Shown here one piece after another: positions 17,289-26,678 of a stretch of DNA of 64,000 nt. This stretch comes from a virus (taxonomy: Duplodnaviria > Caudoviricetes). The stretch is taken from positions 1-64,000 of the IMG/VR virus record IMGVR_UViG_2595698902_000001; one strand, 5' to 3'. The notes under the pieces were generated by a model, which saw only the letters and a program-made list of their open reading frames with translations, was not told the DNA's origin and did no database searches. Numbering within the stretch: position 1 is the stretch's first letter; each line of letters opens with the position of its first letter. The translations under genes and the position numbers were made by a program.

Positions 17289-17558
17289 TTACATTTTTCC
17301 TTCAACGGTCAATTCGTATTTAAAACCATCGCCAGATTTGCGACGGCGGCGCTTTGCCACAACCAATTCAAGCGTAAGAACCCTGTCTTCGCCTGCGGCT
17401 TCCAGTTTGACGGTCGCACCCACTGCTAGGCCCGGTGCAAGGTCGCTAGCGTGGGAAAAGAATTCGAGCACAAAAGATGCCGTCATTTTCTTTTGCTTGA
17501 AGTTGGTTTCAAACAGCAAAACGGTACACATGTGATGCCCGCGATCATGCGCCAGCAT
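17289..17558 (-). CDS. hypothetical protein
   Basis: Start trimmed to avoid overlap with 17603..18247. Confidence 0.5.
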   Translation of the reverse strand: MLAHDRGHHMCTVLLFETNFKQKKMTASFVLEFFSHASDLAPGLAVGATVKLEAAGEDRVLTLELVVAKRRRRKSGDGFKYELTVEGKM

Positions 17559-17602
17559 CACGTCCCGCTCGATAGGCCACAGCGCGAAAAACTTTGCGAT
17601 TT

Positions 17603-18247
17603 CTAACGCTGCTGCGCCTGCATCATTTCTAAACTGTTCTGCACGGCTCGATACTCGTTGTAACTCAGTCCGTTTTTCCCGGCTGTTTCCCATAAACTTC
17701 TCCAGACTGCCTCGGCTCCCAAACGTGAATACACGTAAGACAATGAGCGGCGTTTAACCATTTCATCGCGCAGTTGTTCCAGCGACCACGGACGATAATC
17801 CAGCTGCTCCATCGACATGTTGAAATAACGTCGATCTTTCACAATGTCGCCGTGCAGGTGGCCGTGTACGTTGATCTTGCCGCGCAAGTGCGCAGGATGC
17901 AGCGGCGCGTGTGACAAAATCATGCCGTTGATATTCAACAGGCTATGTACACTATTTACAGTTTTCAGCGACTCAATGAAAGCCACGTTAAACCGGCTGG
18001 TGCGTTCGGTATCGTGGTTGCCCAAGATAACGATTTTGTTTCCGGGCAAAGCGTCGAAGCGCTCCCAACCTTCGCGGGTGAATGCTACGTCGCCCAGCAC
18101 GTACATGGTAGCGCGTTTGGTCGAACGCACGGTGTCGGCAATGCGGTTCAGCACAAATTCATCGTGTGCTTCCAGCGACGGAAAATCCCGATACTTCGGA
18201 ATGTTTTCGTGACCTAAGTGCAGGTCCGAGATTAAGTAGGCTGCCAT
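17603..18247 (-). CDS. calcineurin-like metallophosphoesterase
   Basis: SDLHLGH, LGDV, GNHD, LSH.P, HGHLH motifs. Confidence 0.9.
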   Translation of the reverse strand: MAAYLISDLHLGHENIPKYRDFPSLEAHDEFVLNRIADTVRSTKRATMYVLGDVAFTREGWERFDALPGNKIVILGNHDTERTSRFNVAFIESLKTVNSVHSLLNINGMILSHAPLHPAHLRGKINVHGHLHGDIVKDRRYFNMSMEQLDYRPWSLEQLRDEMVKRRSLSYVYSRLGAEAVWRSLWETAGKNGLSYNEYRAVQNSLEMMQAQQR

Positions 18248-18933
18248 TGGCTCTCCCGTTCTTTGTATTGCGCAAATCGTTTTCTGTTTTTGCCTTCGTC
18301 TTGGCGTAAGTCGTTGTGTTGGCCGTAAGCCGATTCAAGGCGCAGCGCCAGCGTCAGGTCGGCTTCCGTGTTGTGCGTTTCCGACAAGAAAAAACCGATC
18401 AAAGTTTCAATGTAGAAAGGCATGTCGCAAATGTTGATGTAAGCTGCTTGCCAATCGGCACGGGCCTTGCTGTTGTACTCGCACAAATCCTTGTACTTTT
18501 GCGCACGGTCGTTATTGTCGCGACCCATCACTTTCAGCGCCAGCACAAACTTAGGCGGGCCGGAAGCAAAGCGCATGGTACGGCCCATGTATTCCATTTC
18601 GTGAGGTGCCGGGATTTCTTGGCCGAAACTTATCGGTTTGAAAATGTAGAACTTCCCGTCGATCCACAGCGCCAGAAAACGCTCACGCTCTTTGCCGTCT
18701 TCGCCTGTGTAGTTAATGCAGGTGGCGCGCAGTCTTTGCCAGAATGTACGAATGCGTTTTTCGTAAACGAAATAGGCGAGGCGCTGGCGCAGACTAGGCA
18801 ACGGCTCAGCCGGGTAATAGCGAACTTTGCGCGTGCGGCCTAGATAGTCTTCCATTCCGGCGTAGTCGTCGCCGTAGGAAGTCCAATCGTCATCATCCTC
18901 TTCGATAATCTCGTCTTCAAATTCTTCGTTCAC
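18232..18933 (-). CDS. hypothetical protein
   Basis: AGGAGG RBS, GTG start. Confidence 0.7.
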   Translation of the reverse strand: MNEEFEDEIIEEDDDDWTSYGDDYAGMEDYLGRTRKVRYYPAEPLPSLRQRLAYFVYEKRIRTFWQRLRATCINYTGEDGKERERFLALWIDGKFYIFKPISFGQEIPAPHEMEYMGRTMRFASGPPKFVLALKVMGRDNNDRAQKYKDLCEYNSKARADWQAAYINICDMPFYIETLIGFFLSETHNTEADLTLALRLESAYGQHNDLRQDEGKNRKRFAQYKERESQWQPT

Positions 18934-18979
18934 CGCGCAGCCCTCCTATCGTTGGTTATACCTACCATTTACAGTAATG

Positions 18980-19016
18980 AAAAAGCCCCCGAATCCGCGA
19001 GGGAAACGAGGGCTTT
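18980..19016 (-). terminator. intrinsic terminator
   Basis: AAAAAGCCC...GGGCTTT. Confidence 0.6.
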
Positions 19017-19018
19017 GA

Positions 19019-19471
19019 TTAGGCGGCTAACACGTCGGTGAAATAGGTTGGATCATTTGCCGCTTTCTTGTCGTCTTCGCGGTCGAGGCCTTTGGCAATT
19101 GCGTAGGCGCGCACCGCTGCAAACATTGGATACTTCTGCCACGCCGGAACGTTGAGCACACCCATCGCCTCAAGGAAAATCAAATCGCCCGTTTTGCGCG
19201 TGACGTTCACGGCGCGACCGTTCACCATCACAAGGCGATAGCTGCAAATGTAATCGTGAATGACTGCGGCTTTTCCGTATTTGCCATTAGGCGGCAGCAT
19301 CCAGCGAATCCACCACGGCGTAGAAGCCAGATCGGTACGGTAGCCCGCTGGAACATTTACCTCAATTCCAGAACCGAGCATCCCGATAACGTAGGTGAAC
19401 ATTTGCCAAATGACGTAGTGGATTCCGTCGTCTTCAAATTCCGCAACAAGCGGTGTAGTAAAGCTACTCAT
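19019..19471 (-). CDS. DUF1353-family protein
   Basis: VPAGYRTDLASTP...GKYGKAAVIHDY...D.IFLEAM..L.V...MF.AVR. Confidence 0.85.
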   Translation of the reverse strand: MSSFTTPLVAEFEDDGIHYVIWQMFTYVIGMLGSGIEVNVPAGYRTDLASTPWWIRWMLPPNGKYGKAAVIHDYICSYRLVMVNGRAVNVTRKTGDLIFLEAMGVLNVPAWQKYPMFAAVRAYAIAKGLDREDDKKAANDPTYFTDVLAA

Positions 19472-19485
19472 AAATTTTCTCCATG

Positions 19486-19519
19486 AAAAAGCCCCGCATA
19501 CCGCTAGGCACCGGGGCTT
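19486..19519 (-). terminator. intrinsic terminator
   Basis: AAAAAGCCCCG...CGGGGCTT. Confidence 0.65.
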
Positions 19520-19522
19520 CGG

Positions 19523-20335
19523 TTACAGGTACGCTAGTGTCTGCGCTTCAAAATCCGCAAACGAATGCAGAAGCGTAAACGATACGTAGTCCGTAGTGGT
19601 GTAGACTGCGTTGGAAGTCAGCACTGCGCCACGCGCCAGCGATATAGCCGGTTCATCGAGGGCAACAATGCTAAACAACCATTGATTATTTTTCAGCACG
19701 GCAAACATCGGCTGGCCGTCAAACGCCAGAGACGCGACTACACATTTGTTTACGTCGTCATAGGCACAGGCGTGAACCGTTAGCCCGTCGATTTCCGTGG
19801 TGCCTGTAGACACAAGATTATTTAGGGTTCCTTGTAGGGATTCCACATAATCGCTGCGCACCAAAAGCACGTCCAGAATATCGTCACTAGAATCTGACAA
19901 CCATATAGCTCCGAGTCCGACACTTACTTCACTCCAATCAGAGCTGCGCAAAATAGTGCCTTGCGTAGTTCCGAACAGAGCTTCACCGTTTACGTTTCGT
20001 GCGCACACGACAGGAATAACAAACGCGTGAGCCAATGCCCAGCCATCCGCGCCTTTGACGTAGATGCCATCGGCTGCGACCGCGTAGAAACCATTAGCGT
20101 AAACAACATGCGAAAATTGTAAGTCTGAGGTACGTTTCCAATCGAATTTGTCTGAGGACTCGTAAACGCCAGTAGCCCCAATTGCAACGTAGATATTGGA
20201 ACCAAAAGCCAAGCCTAAAACAGAGTCAGGTAAAGATGCCGGTACAAACCCGTTGGATTGAACGTAAATTCCAGCTTGGTTAGTACCCGAACCACCGACA
20301 ACCAGCGAACGTCGCGGAACAGGTTTACTTACTTT
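19523..20335 (-). CDS. beta-propeller-like domain, probably made as -1 frameshift extension of 20329..21249
   Basis: Frame is open from the slippery site; no ATG/GTG before the TTG at 20212; Asp-box-like S-x-D-x-x-x-W motifs. Confidence 0.65.
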   Translation of the reverse strand, partial: KVSKPVPRRSLVVGGSGTNQAGIYVQSNGFVPASLPDSVLGLAFGSNIYVAIGATGVYESSDKFDWKRTSDLQFSHVVYANGFYAVAADGIYVKGADGWALAHAFVIPVVCARNVNGEALFGTTQGTILRSSDWSEVSVGLGAIWLSDSSDDILDVLLVRSDYVESLQGTLNNLVSTGTTEIDGLTVHACAYDDVNKCVVASLAFDGQPMFAVLKNNQWLFSIVALDEPAISLARGAVLTSNAVYTTTDYVSFTLLHSFADFEAQTLAYL

Positions 20336-21249
20336 TTTGTGACGTTCGCCATTACCTCAACGGACACCGGATCGCTGGTGCCGAACCGAGGGCGAGCCTC
20401 AAGTTTAATTGTGTAGATTCCCAGCGGCACGCCGGAGGCAGTACGCTCGACCGATGCCGGAATTGCGGCATTGAGTGGCTGGAATTTATATTGCTGAATC
20501 ATCTGCGTTACGCTGGCGTCAGCGTTGGTCGCAGAGTCGTCAATAATGCGGGTGCCGGTGTTGTACCAAACGAAATTCTGGCCTTTGCCGTCTTTGGTTT
20601 TTGCGTATTGCAAATCCCAACGAATCGGCTCCAGCGTGCCCTCGGGATCAACGTCCAGATAAAGCGAAATATCGTACATGTCCGTGATCAGCGGAATGTC
20701 GTCATTCAGCGAGCCAGCAGTCAGAGCAAAAGTCCAACTTTCTTCGCCTTCGATTTCGATATCGAAACCGCCTGCGTTGTCGCCGTAGTAGGTCGGATCG
20801 TTTACCTTGCGAACGGCCAAACCTAATTCGATATCGGCGTTTTTACCGATGACAAAATCATCAGCAGGATTGCCGATGCCGACCAGCATGTATTTCTTGC
20901 CACCGACTTCAACGGTGAAAGAAGTTTCTGCTTTGTTGGTTACGACCAGCGGGGCATAAGTCAGCGCGATTTGCGCAGGCGTCATACCGGGCGGGCCTTG
21001 GCAGATCAGCACGGTTCCGAAATACATGGAAATAACGGAACCATCGGCAGCGGATTCAATGTTGGAAAACACTGGAACATCCGACGAACCATAATGCGTT
21101 GCAACGGTTTTGCGGAACACACCGGAAGCGACGATTTCTTTCATTTCCGCTTCGGTGACTTGGATACGTCGAATGTTCGACGGATCACCCATATCCTGCA
21201 TGGCCTCAATAATCTGAGCCATGACACCGGAATGTTTCTGGATTTCCAT
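20329..21249 (-). CDS. probable virion structural protein (beta-rich)
   Basis: 306-aa ORF, GAGGA RBS, TAATT(C/T) motifs upstream; ends ACA AAA AAG TAA. Confidence 0.65.
   Translation of the reverse strand: MEIQKHSGVMAQIIEAMQDMGDPSNIRRIQVTEAEMKEIVASGVFRKTVATHYGSSDVPVFSNIESAADGSVISMYFGTVLICQGPPGMTPAQIALTYAPLVVTNKAETSFTVEVGGKKYMLVGIGNPADDFVIGKNADIELGLAVRKVNDPTYYGDNAGGFDIEIEGEESWTFALTAGSLNDDIPLITDMYDISLYLDVDPEGTLEPIRWDLQYAKTKDGKGQNFVWYNTGTRIIDDSATNADASVTQMIQQYKFQPLNAAIPASVERTASGVPLGIYTIKLEARPRFGTSDPVSVEVMANVTKK
20332..20338 (-). other. -1 ribosomal frameshift slippery heptamer A AAA AAG
   Basis: In-frame X XXY YYZ heptamer immediately before TAA; -1 frame continues 270 codons. Confidence 0.75.
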
Positions 21250-21304
21250 GTGTGGATTTCCTCGGTTGCTGAATTATGGGATTGTTAGTCCCTCCACCTT
21301 TAAA

Positions 21305-21616
21305 TTACACGCAATTCGCTGCAATTTCACTGAGCGGGTTCAGCTTATGAAACTCTGCCAAAGCGCGTCCGCATTTGGGGCAGAAGTTCAGCGGAATAAT
21401 CGTTTTAACGTCATACCGCAATTGCATTGGCGGCAGCTTCTCTGTGGACTTGTAGGACCGGGCGTGTTCCTTGATAGCAGAGTGCCACGCCGTTGCAGAA
21501 ATGTCCTGAATGTCACCGACCTTAAAACCGACTACGCATTTGTTTGGTTCGCACGCAGGAATAATCCCCGCTTCAACATCAGCCCGGATGGTGGCGTTGC
21601 ACCGTGCCTGTATCAT
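21305..21616 (-). CDS. Zn-ribbon hypothetical protein
   Basis: NFCPKCGRAL. Confidence 0.65.
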   Translation of the reverse strand: MIQARCNATIRADVEAGIIPACEPNKCVVGFKVGDIQDISATAWHSAIKEHARSYKSTEKLPPMQLRYDVKTIIPLNFCPKCGRALAEFHKLNPLSEIAANCV

Positions 21617-21851
21617 TCACGTTTCTCCGAAAAATCAAAAGGGCTTTAATGCTCTGCCACGTTACCGAAACCAGCAGCAAAGCGAGGGAAAGCATCAGCG
21701 CAACAAAACCAGCAAGATGCACTTGCATTCCATGTTCAAACATCCATGCGCCCATTGCATACGCTTCCCGTGAAAGCCGGAACGCTACGAAAAGGGATAC
21801 CGCTACAAAAACAACAATTGAAACGACCACCAGAAAACGCAGTGCGCGCAT
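21579..21851 (-). CDS. 2-TM membrane protein
   Basis: Two hydrophobic segments. Confidence 0.65.
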   Translation of the reverse strand: MRALRFLVVVSIVVFVAVSLFVAFRLSREAYAMGAWMFEHGMQVHLAGFVALMLSLALLLVSVTWQSIKALLIFRRNVNDTGTVQRHHPG

Positions 21852-21864
21852 GTTTTATTTACCA

Positions 21865-22140
21865 CTAGAAAAAGGAAGGCGGTTCTACTTTGGAATTGCC
21901 GACAGCTTTATGGAATGCCCAGCTGCAACCTGCAACACAGGCAGCGGTGAGGAACGCAACAAAGAACAGCGGCAGGTAAATTCCCGCTGCAAAGGAACCG
22001 AATGCTTCGGCCCCAAGGTGCCGCATGGAATACAGGCGGTGCAGCAGCACAAGAATAAACGTGAAGGCTACGGAAGAGAACGACGCAAACACAGCACAGG
22101 CAACGGCATAACCGGTACGATTCATTTTGTTATCACCCAC
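21865..22140 (-). CDS. 2-TM membrane protein
   Basis: Two hydrophobic segments. Confidence 0.6.
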   Translation of the reverse strand: MGDNKMNRTGYAVACAVFASFSSVAFTFILVLLHRLYSMRHLGAEAFGSFAAGIYLPLFFVAFLTAACVAGCSWAFHKAVGNSKVEPPSFF

Positions 22141-22185
22141 ACGACAAAACGGGACTTACCCGCTAGGATAAACCCCGTTTCATTG

Positions 22186-22380
22186 TCACTGTTTTGATTT
22201 TGGTTTGTGCCCGCAGAAACTGCAATGGCCGTAGTCTACGTGATTGGCAGGCAGGTCACGGCAGGTCAAGCCGAACAGGCAAAAGATCGAAGGGATTTTG
22301 CGTTTCATCGCACCGCCCCACGGTCGCGCCCATTCGTACAGCCACCAGATGCCCAGCAGCAGAAGGAAAATGAAAGGCAT
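22186..22380 (-). CDS. small membrane-anchored Cys protein
   Basis: Hydrophobic N-terminus; C..C-type C-terminus. Confidence 0.45.
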   Translation of the reverse strand: MPFIFLLLLGIWWLYEWARPWGGAMKRKIPSIFCLFGLTCRDLPANHVDYGHCSFCGHKPKSKQ

Positions 22381-22475
22381 TAGATCAACTCACAAAGTAA
22401 CTTGTTGAAATTGGCTACTGCGCGCTCCATCGAGCGACCGTAGGAACAGTAATAACCAAAATAGTTGTAGGCCAT
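22380..22475 (-). CDS. 31-aa small protein
   Basis: MAYNYFGYY... with GGAG RBS; the longer track start overlaps the neighbour. Confidence 0.4.
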   Translation of the reverse strand: MAYNYFGYYCSYGRSMERAVANFNKLLCELI

Positions 22476-22509
22476 GAATTCTCCGCGCCCGTCTGGACGA
22501 ATGCGGGTT

Positions 22510-22890
22510 TTAGATTTCGTGGCCTTTGTTGCTTTGTTGTCCTGTGGGCACATCGGGTTCGATCCTCTCAAAATCGCTGAGCATTCCGATAGGAACCATG
22601 AACGTATAACCGTTCGGTTTCTTGAAAACGACATGCGTGGCTACCGTGTCTGCGACAACCAGAACCATATCGGTTGTTACGGCGTCATACCATTCGTTTT
22701 CTTTGACGCGGAATTTCTTACCTACTTCGTAACCGACATGCAGCGATTTAGGGCCTTCTGGTGCAACGCTAACAGCCGGAGCCAGCGCAGGCGCCGACGA
22801 ACTGGAAGACGAGGAACCAAAAATATCACCGAAAAATTCCGCAACGCCGTCAAACAACGGCGTCAAATCAATGTCAAAATCGTCGCTCAT
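22510..22890 (-). CDS. hypothetical protein
   Basis: Start MSDDFD coupled to the dcd stop, GGAG RBS. Confidence 0.65.
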   Translation of the reverse strand: MSDDFDIDLTPLFDGVAEFFGDIFGSSSSSSSAPALAPAVSVAPEGPKSLHVGYEVGKKFRVKENEWYDAVTTDMVLVVADTVATHVVFKKPNGYTFMVPIGMLSDFERIEPDVPTGQQSNKGHEI

Positions 22891-23630
22891 TGTTTCTCCA
22901 GCATACGCGGCGCGGTAGGAACCGCCGATTGGTTCATGTATTTCCCTTTGCGGTCGGCGTAGGAAACTTCGCACTCTTCATCAGATTCAAAGAACAGAAT
23001 TTGTGCGCAACCTTCGCCAGCGTAGATCAGTGCCGGGCTTGGTGTGGTATTGGAAAACTCCAGAGTAAGCGAGCCTTTCCATTCTGGTTCCAGCGGCGTG
23101 ACGTTTACGATGATGCCGCAACGCGCATACGTCGATTTGCCGAGGCAGATAACTAATACGTCACGCGGAATGTTGAAGTGTTCCGGCGTGTTTGCCAGTG
23201 CGAAACTGTTCGGCGGAATGATCAGGCCTTGGCCGTTTGGAACGTGCTTCGTAACGAAATTGTCTTCGGTGAAATTCTTTGGATCGACAACCGCGTTATT
23301 CAGGTTGGTGAAAACCTTGAATTCGTTACCGCAACGAATATCGTAGCCGTAGCTGGAAACACCGTAGGGAATGATCGAGCGTTGCGAGCGCAGGCCGTCT
23401 TCGTCATCGTAGGCCTTGTAATCAACCTGCGAAATTTGCTTGTCAGAAAACGGCGAAATCATCGGCTCGTTTTCGATTTCAACAATGCTGTAGCTGCAAC
23501 GCGAAATCGACAAGGCCAACTGGCCTTTCAGCGAATCCGCCCAAGCAAAGAATTTCCCGTCCTGAAACAGTGCGTCGCGTGTAGGCTCACACATGCGCTT
23601 GATCCAACGATCCGCCTTAATCCCCGGCAT
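22887..23630 (-). CDS. dcd: dCTP deaminase
   Basis: [55 protein letters not shown]. Confidence 0.95.
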   Translation of the reverse strand: MPGIKADRWIKRMCEPTRDALFQDGKFFAWADSLKGQLALSISRCSYSIVEIENEPMISPFSDKQISQVDYKAYDDEDGLRSQRSIIPYGVSSYGYDIRCGNEFKVFTNLNNAVVDPKNFTEDNFVTKHVPNGQGLIIPPNSFALANTPEHFNIPRDVLVICLGKSTYARCGIIVNVTPLEPEWKGSLTLEFSNTTPSPALIYAGEGCAQILFFESDEECEVSYADRKGKYMNQSAVPTAPRMLEKQ

Positions 23631-23926
23631 TACAAATTCCCCGCTTGAATATCAGAAATGCGTTTCAGCATGATGTTGGTGACGTTGGCCGTGACGATAT
23701 ACGGTGCGCCGCTGTTGTTATAGGATGCTTTCAGCAAATCCTGCAACAAGGTATTCAGCAATTTGCTGGTTTCAGCGGCCTGCAACATGTCGCGACGTTC
23801 GTTCGCCATTTCCAGAATGCGCAGCACGCGATTTAGCGGCACGTATTGCATCAGTTCGCCAGACTGAATGCTAACGGTTGGAATCGCTTTTATGTGCTCG
23901 ATTGCTTCGTCGATTTCCTTAGCCAT
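23630..23926 (-). CDS. hypothetical protein
   Basis: Coupled ORF. Confidence 0.65.
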   Translation of the reverse strand: MAKEIDEAIEHIKAIPTVSIQSGELMQYVPLNRVLRILEMANERRDMLQAAETSKLLNTLLQDLLKASYNNSGAPYIVTANVTNIMLKRISDIQAGNL

Positions 23927-24159
23927 TATTCGCCAGCCTCACGCGCAGCTTTCATTACTTCGTGCGGCTCCAGAGCCAGCAGGTTTGCCTTGTCTTTAAT
24001 GCTTTCAAAGCAATCAAAAACTTCTGCTTTTTCTACAACCGGGTAGTTCTGCCCGCCAACGGTATGCACAAGGCCTCCGCACTTACGATCTTTCAGGGAA
24101 TTCCAACAGGATTCTACTTCGGCAAGAACTGCGCTAAGCCGCACGTATTTTTCAGCCAT
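23926..24159 (-). CDS. hypothetical protein
   Basis: Coupled ORF, GGAG RBS. Confidence 0.65.
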   Translation of the reverse strand: MAEKYVRLSAVLAEVESCWNSLKDRKCGGLVHTVGGQNYPVVEKAEVFDCFESIKDKANLLALEPHEVMKAAREAGE

Positions 24160-24343
24160 GAATGACTCTCCGATGAATGACGGTTAAAAGGCCGTCCAGT
24201 TTGTTCGCCGCGTCCTCGTTAGCCACGGTAATGCAGCTAACGGAATCGGCGTGTTCGATTTGGTAATCTATCTCTAACCTATTTACAGTTTCTGTGACTG
24301 CATCAGGCCTTTCGTAGTTATCGACGTAAATTTCAATAGTCAT
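24152..24343 (-). CDS. hypothetical protein
   Basis: Coupled ORF. Confidence 0.5.
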   Translation of the reverse strand: MTIEIYVDNYERPDAVTETVNRLEIDYQIEHADSVSCITVANEDAANKLDGLLTVIHRRVIHG

Positions 24344-25605
24344 GAGAAGTTGCGGCTACTGGTATCGACACCGGAGCTAGACGCGCTCACGGTTTGTTTA
24401 GGGGCGGTTGTTCCTTGCGGGTTCCCGGCCTCGGTCAAAAACGGTCGATACAGGTAAAAGGCTTCTGCATATTTCGATCCTTTGATTAGAATTGTTTTTC
24501 CGCCAACAATGTACCGACCGGCCACGTCGTTTGGCGCTGCGCGCGCAGAACCTTTCGAGCCGGGGCCTTGTTGGTAATCGATGGATTCCATTGATTTGAT
24601 TTGCGTTGCGGCATACGTCATGACGACCATGCGCTCACTAAACAGACTGAGCAAACGCATATTCTGATAGAAAGCACGTTCGTAGTTTTCGTGAACGTTG
24701 AAACCTTCGTCCGGGCCTGTGCCGTAGTCCATGCCCGTATAACCAACGCGAGAACCGCGCTCTTTTAACAGGCCTGCTACTTCCGTATTTACAGGAATGC
24801 CAGCAGTGCCCGGAGCGTCAAGGTCCATCGATTCAATTGCGAGCTTTGCTTCCTCCGCGCCGAACGAATGGCCGAACAGCTTATAGCCGTAGTTGAGGAA
24901 GTAAGAAGAAAGACCAGAAACGCTTTTATCTTCTGCGGTCTGTACATCTACCACGTTACCAGAAACACCCGATCCATTTTTGTTGTGAACCAGTGTGTTT
25001 TTTGGTTGCTCTTTCAGCATTGCAATCAGGTCGCGATAGACCAGCGTGCCGTCCATGCGAACCATACGCGCCATGCAGGATTGCTCCGACGCAAAACCAC
25101 GCATCGCCACGTCTTCACTGAATGCAATACGCGTGGTATTCAGGTTCAACCAAACTTGGAAATCATCCGTCGCGCTCGGTCCCTCATAACGCAATTTGCT
25201 TTTCTCTGCGAGTTGCTGCATCACCGACGCGCTATGCCCTTCAAAAGATTCTGCATAAACAGCAGCAGAAAACTCAGGCGCATCGTAGATACAAATAACC
25301 TGCAAAACCTTGCCGCTAGAGTTACGCGAACGGGTCCAACCAAAAACGCGGAATTTCATTTCGGGCGCTTCATCTGCGCTGCGCCCCAAACGAATAGAAA
25401 TTTGTGTGCCTTCTTTCAGGTTCAAGTCACGGCTCAAGGTTTCCCCTTCATCGAACAGGCTCAACCGCATGACCGGCAAACCCATACCAAAACCTTCCAT
25501 GATCCAGATTTTTTCAATCAAGTTCATCGAAGGCGGCATAGGACTGCCCGAAACATCCAGCGTACAAAAAGCCATCCCTTCAATGTTAAGCGCCGCTTGA
25601 GCCAT
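24340..25605 (-). CDS. baseplate hub protein (gp27/VgrG-like)
   Basis: Size, beta-rich pattern and position after tube initiator/wedge genes. Confidence 0.55.
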   Translation of the reverse strand: MAQAALNIEGMAFCTLDVSGSPMPPSMNLIEKIWIMEGFGMGLPVMRLSLFDEGETLSRDLNLKEGTQISIRLGRSADEAPEMKFRVFGWTRSRNSSGKVLQVICIYDAPEFSAAVYAESFEGHSASVMQQLAEKSKLRYEGPSATDDFQVWLNLNTTRIAFSEDVAMRGFASEQSCMARMVRMDGTLVYRDLIAMLKEQPKNTLVHNKNGSGVSGNVVDVQTAEDKSVSGLSSYFLNYGYKLFGHSFGAEEAKLAIESMDLDAPGTAGIPVNTEVAGLLKERGSRVGYTGMDYGTGPDEGFNVHENYERAFYQNMRLLSLFSERMVVMTYAATQIKSMESIDYQQGPGSKGSARAAPNDVAGRYIVGGKTILIKGSKYAEAFYLYRPFLTEAGNPQGTTAPKQTVSASSSGVDTSSRNFS

Positions 25606-25616
25606 GACTTTTCCCC

Positions 25617-25943
25617 TTAAATGGTAATCGTGTTTTGCGGACCAGTTGCCTTGGCACGTTGCAGGCGCGTAGTCATTTCGTTAATGTCTGGAATTTTTAG
25701 TTTGTTTCCTGCAATGACTTCCCACGTATCTACCAATCCGTTGTAGACAAGAATTGCGCGCCACCAATTGGCGGTGCGGTACGTGTTGAAGGAAATCAAA
25801 GCAGGGTTGAATTGCTCGGATGCTGTGACGACGTGCATTCGATACGACGTTACGCCCTCGATTGCTTCGTAGGACAAATCCAACAGCGGATCAATGCCGA
25901 AGGTATCGACGCGGACAAATTCGCTTTGTTTGTAAACAGGCAT
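25617..25943 (-). CDS. baseplate wedge protein (T4 gp53/LysM-like)
   Basis: PALIS...Y....WWRAIL.YNG..D......G..LKIP. Confidence 0.7.
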   Translation of the reverse strand: MPVYKQSEFVRVDTFGIDPLLDLSYEAIEGVTSYRMHVVTASEQFNPALISFNTYRTANWWRAILVYNGLVDTWEVIAGNKLKIPDINEMTTRLQRAKATGPQNTITI

Positions 25944-25955
25944 AAAAACTCCAAA

Positions 25956-26669
25956 TCACAAACCAATGAAAGCTGCGTCGAGGTCTTCGCTGGTCGTAGT
26001 CCAGAAAGCCTCAAACGTAACGTTAACGGTTGCAGCAATAGGGTTGCCGCGTGCGTCGAACTGCGTATCGAATGTTGCGTTTACATCGTTGATCACGCAC
26101 GGGCTGAATTTGAAGAAACGCCCAATTCGCAGAGTGATTTCATCGCCACCCAATTGCGCGACAGCCGACATGTCACCACTGCGAATTGCGTCAAGATTGC
26201 CAATGTGCGGACCGGGTGCAACAAGAAAACCCGCCGCCGTTGTAGGCGTGGTCAGCTGCATCAGTTTTTTAATCTTATCCGTCACTTCATCCTTTGCGTT
26301 GTCGTAAGCAACAATCGCAAAAGGAATAGTCAGAACCAGCGACGAACCGGACGACCAAACGGAACCGGAAAGATATTTGTTAATCGACGTGAGGCCAGTA
26401 GTTGCCCGTGCAATTTGCTCGGCCATACCGGCTTCCTCGCCTAAGCCAGCTTTACCGCCTATCGTTTCCGACAAAGGTTTTGCAAAAGGCCGATCATATT
26501 GCGACGACAAATGGAGTCCGAAGTTTTCAGGAATCGGCGTATCCATTGTGATATACGGCATGTTGTCGCGGCGTACTTCCAGCTGCACCGTGTAGATACT
26601 GGAAAGCTGTGGCAACAGGCGCGTAGGTGACGGCAACGTCGGGTTATAAATGGTTGCGTATTGTGTCAT
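25956..26669 (-). CDS. tail tube initiator / baseplate protein (gp48-like)
   Basis: PCVINDVNATFD...GNPIAATVNVTF C-terminal pattern. Confidence 0.55.
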   Translation of the reverse strand: MTQYATIYNPTLPSPTRLLPQLSSIYTVQLEVRRDNMPYITMDTPIPENFGLHLSSQYDRPFAKPLSETIGGKAGLGEEAGMAEQIARATTGLTSINKYLSGSVWSSGSSLVLTIPFAIVAYDNAKDEVTDKIKKLMQLTTPTTAAGFLVAPGPHIGNLDAIRSGDMSAVAQLGGDEITLRIGRFFKFSPCVINDVNATFDTQFDARGNPIAATVNVTFEAFWTTTSEDLDAAFIGL

Positions 26670-26678
26670 AAGTCACCC

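Noticed and set aside
21579-22140. Holin assignment for two 2-TM proteins
   Set aside because: About 9 kb from the putative endolysin and no family motif recognised; left as membrane proteins
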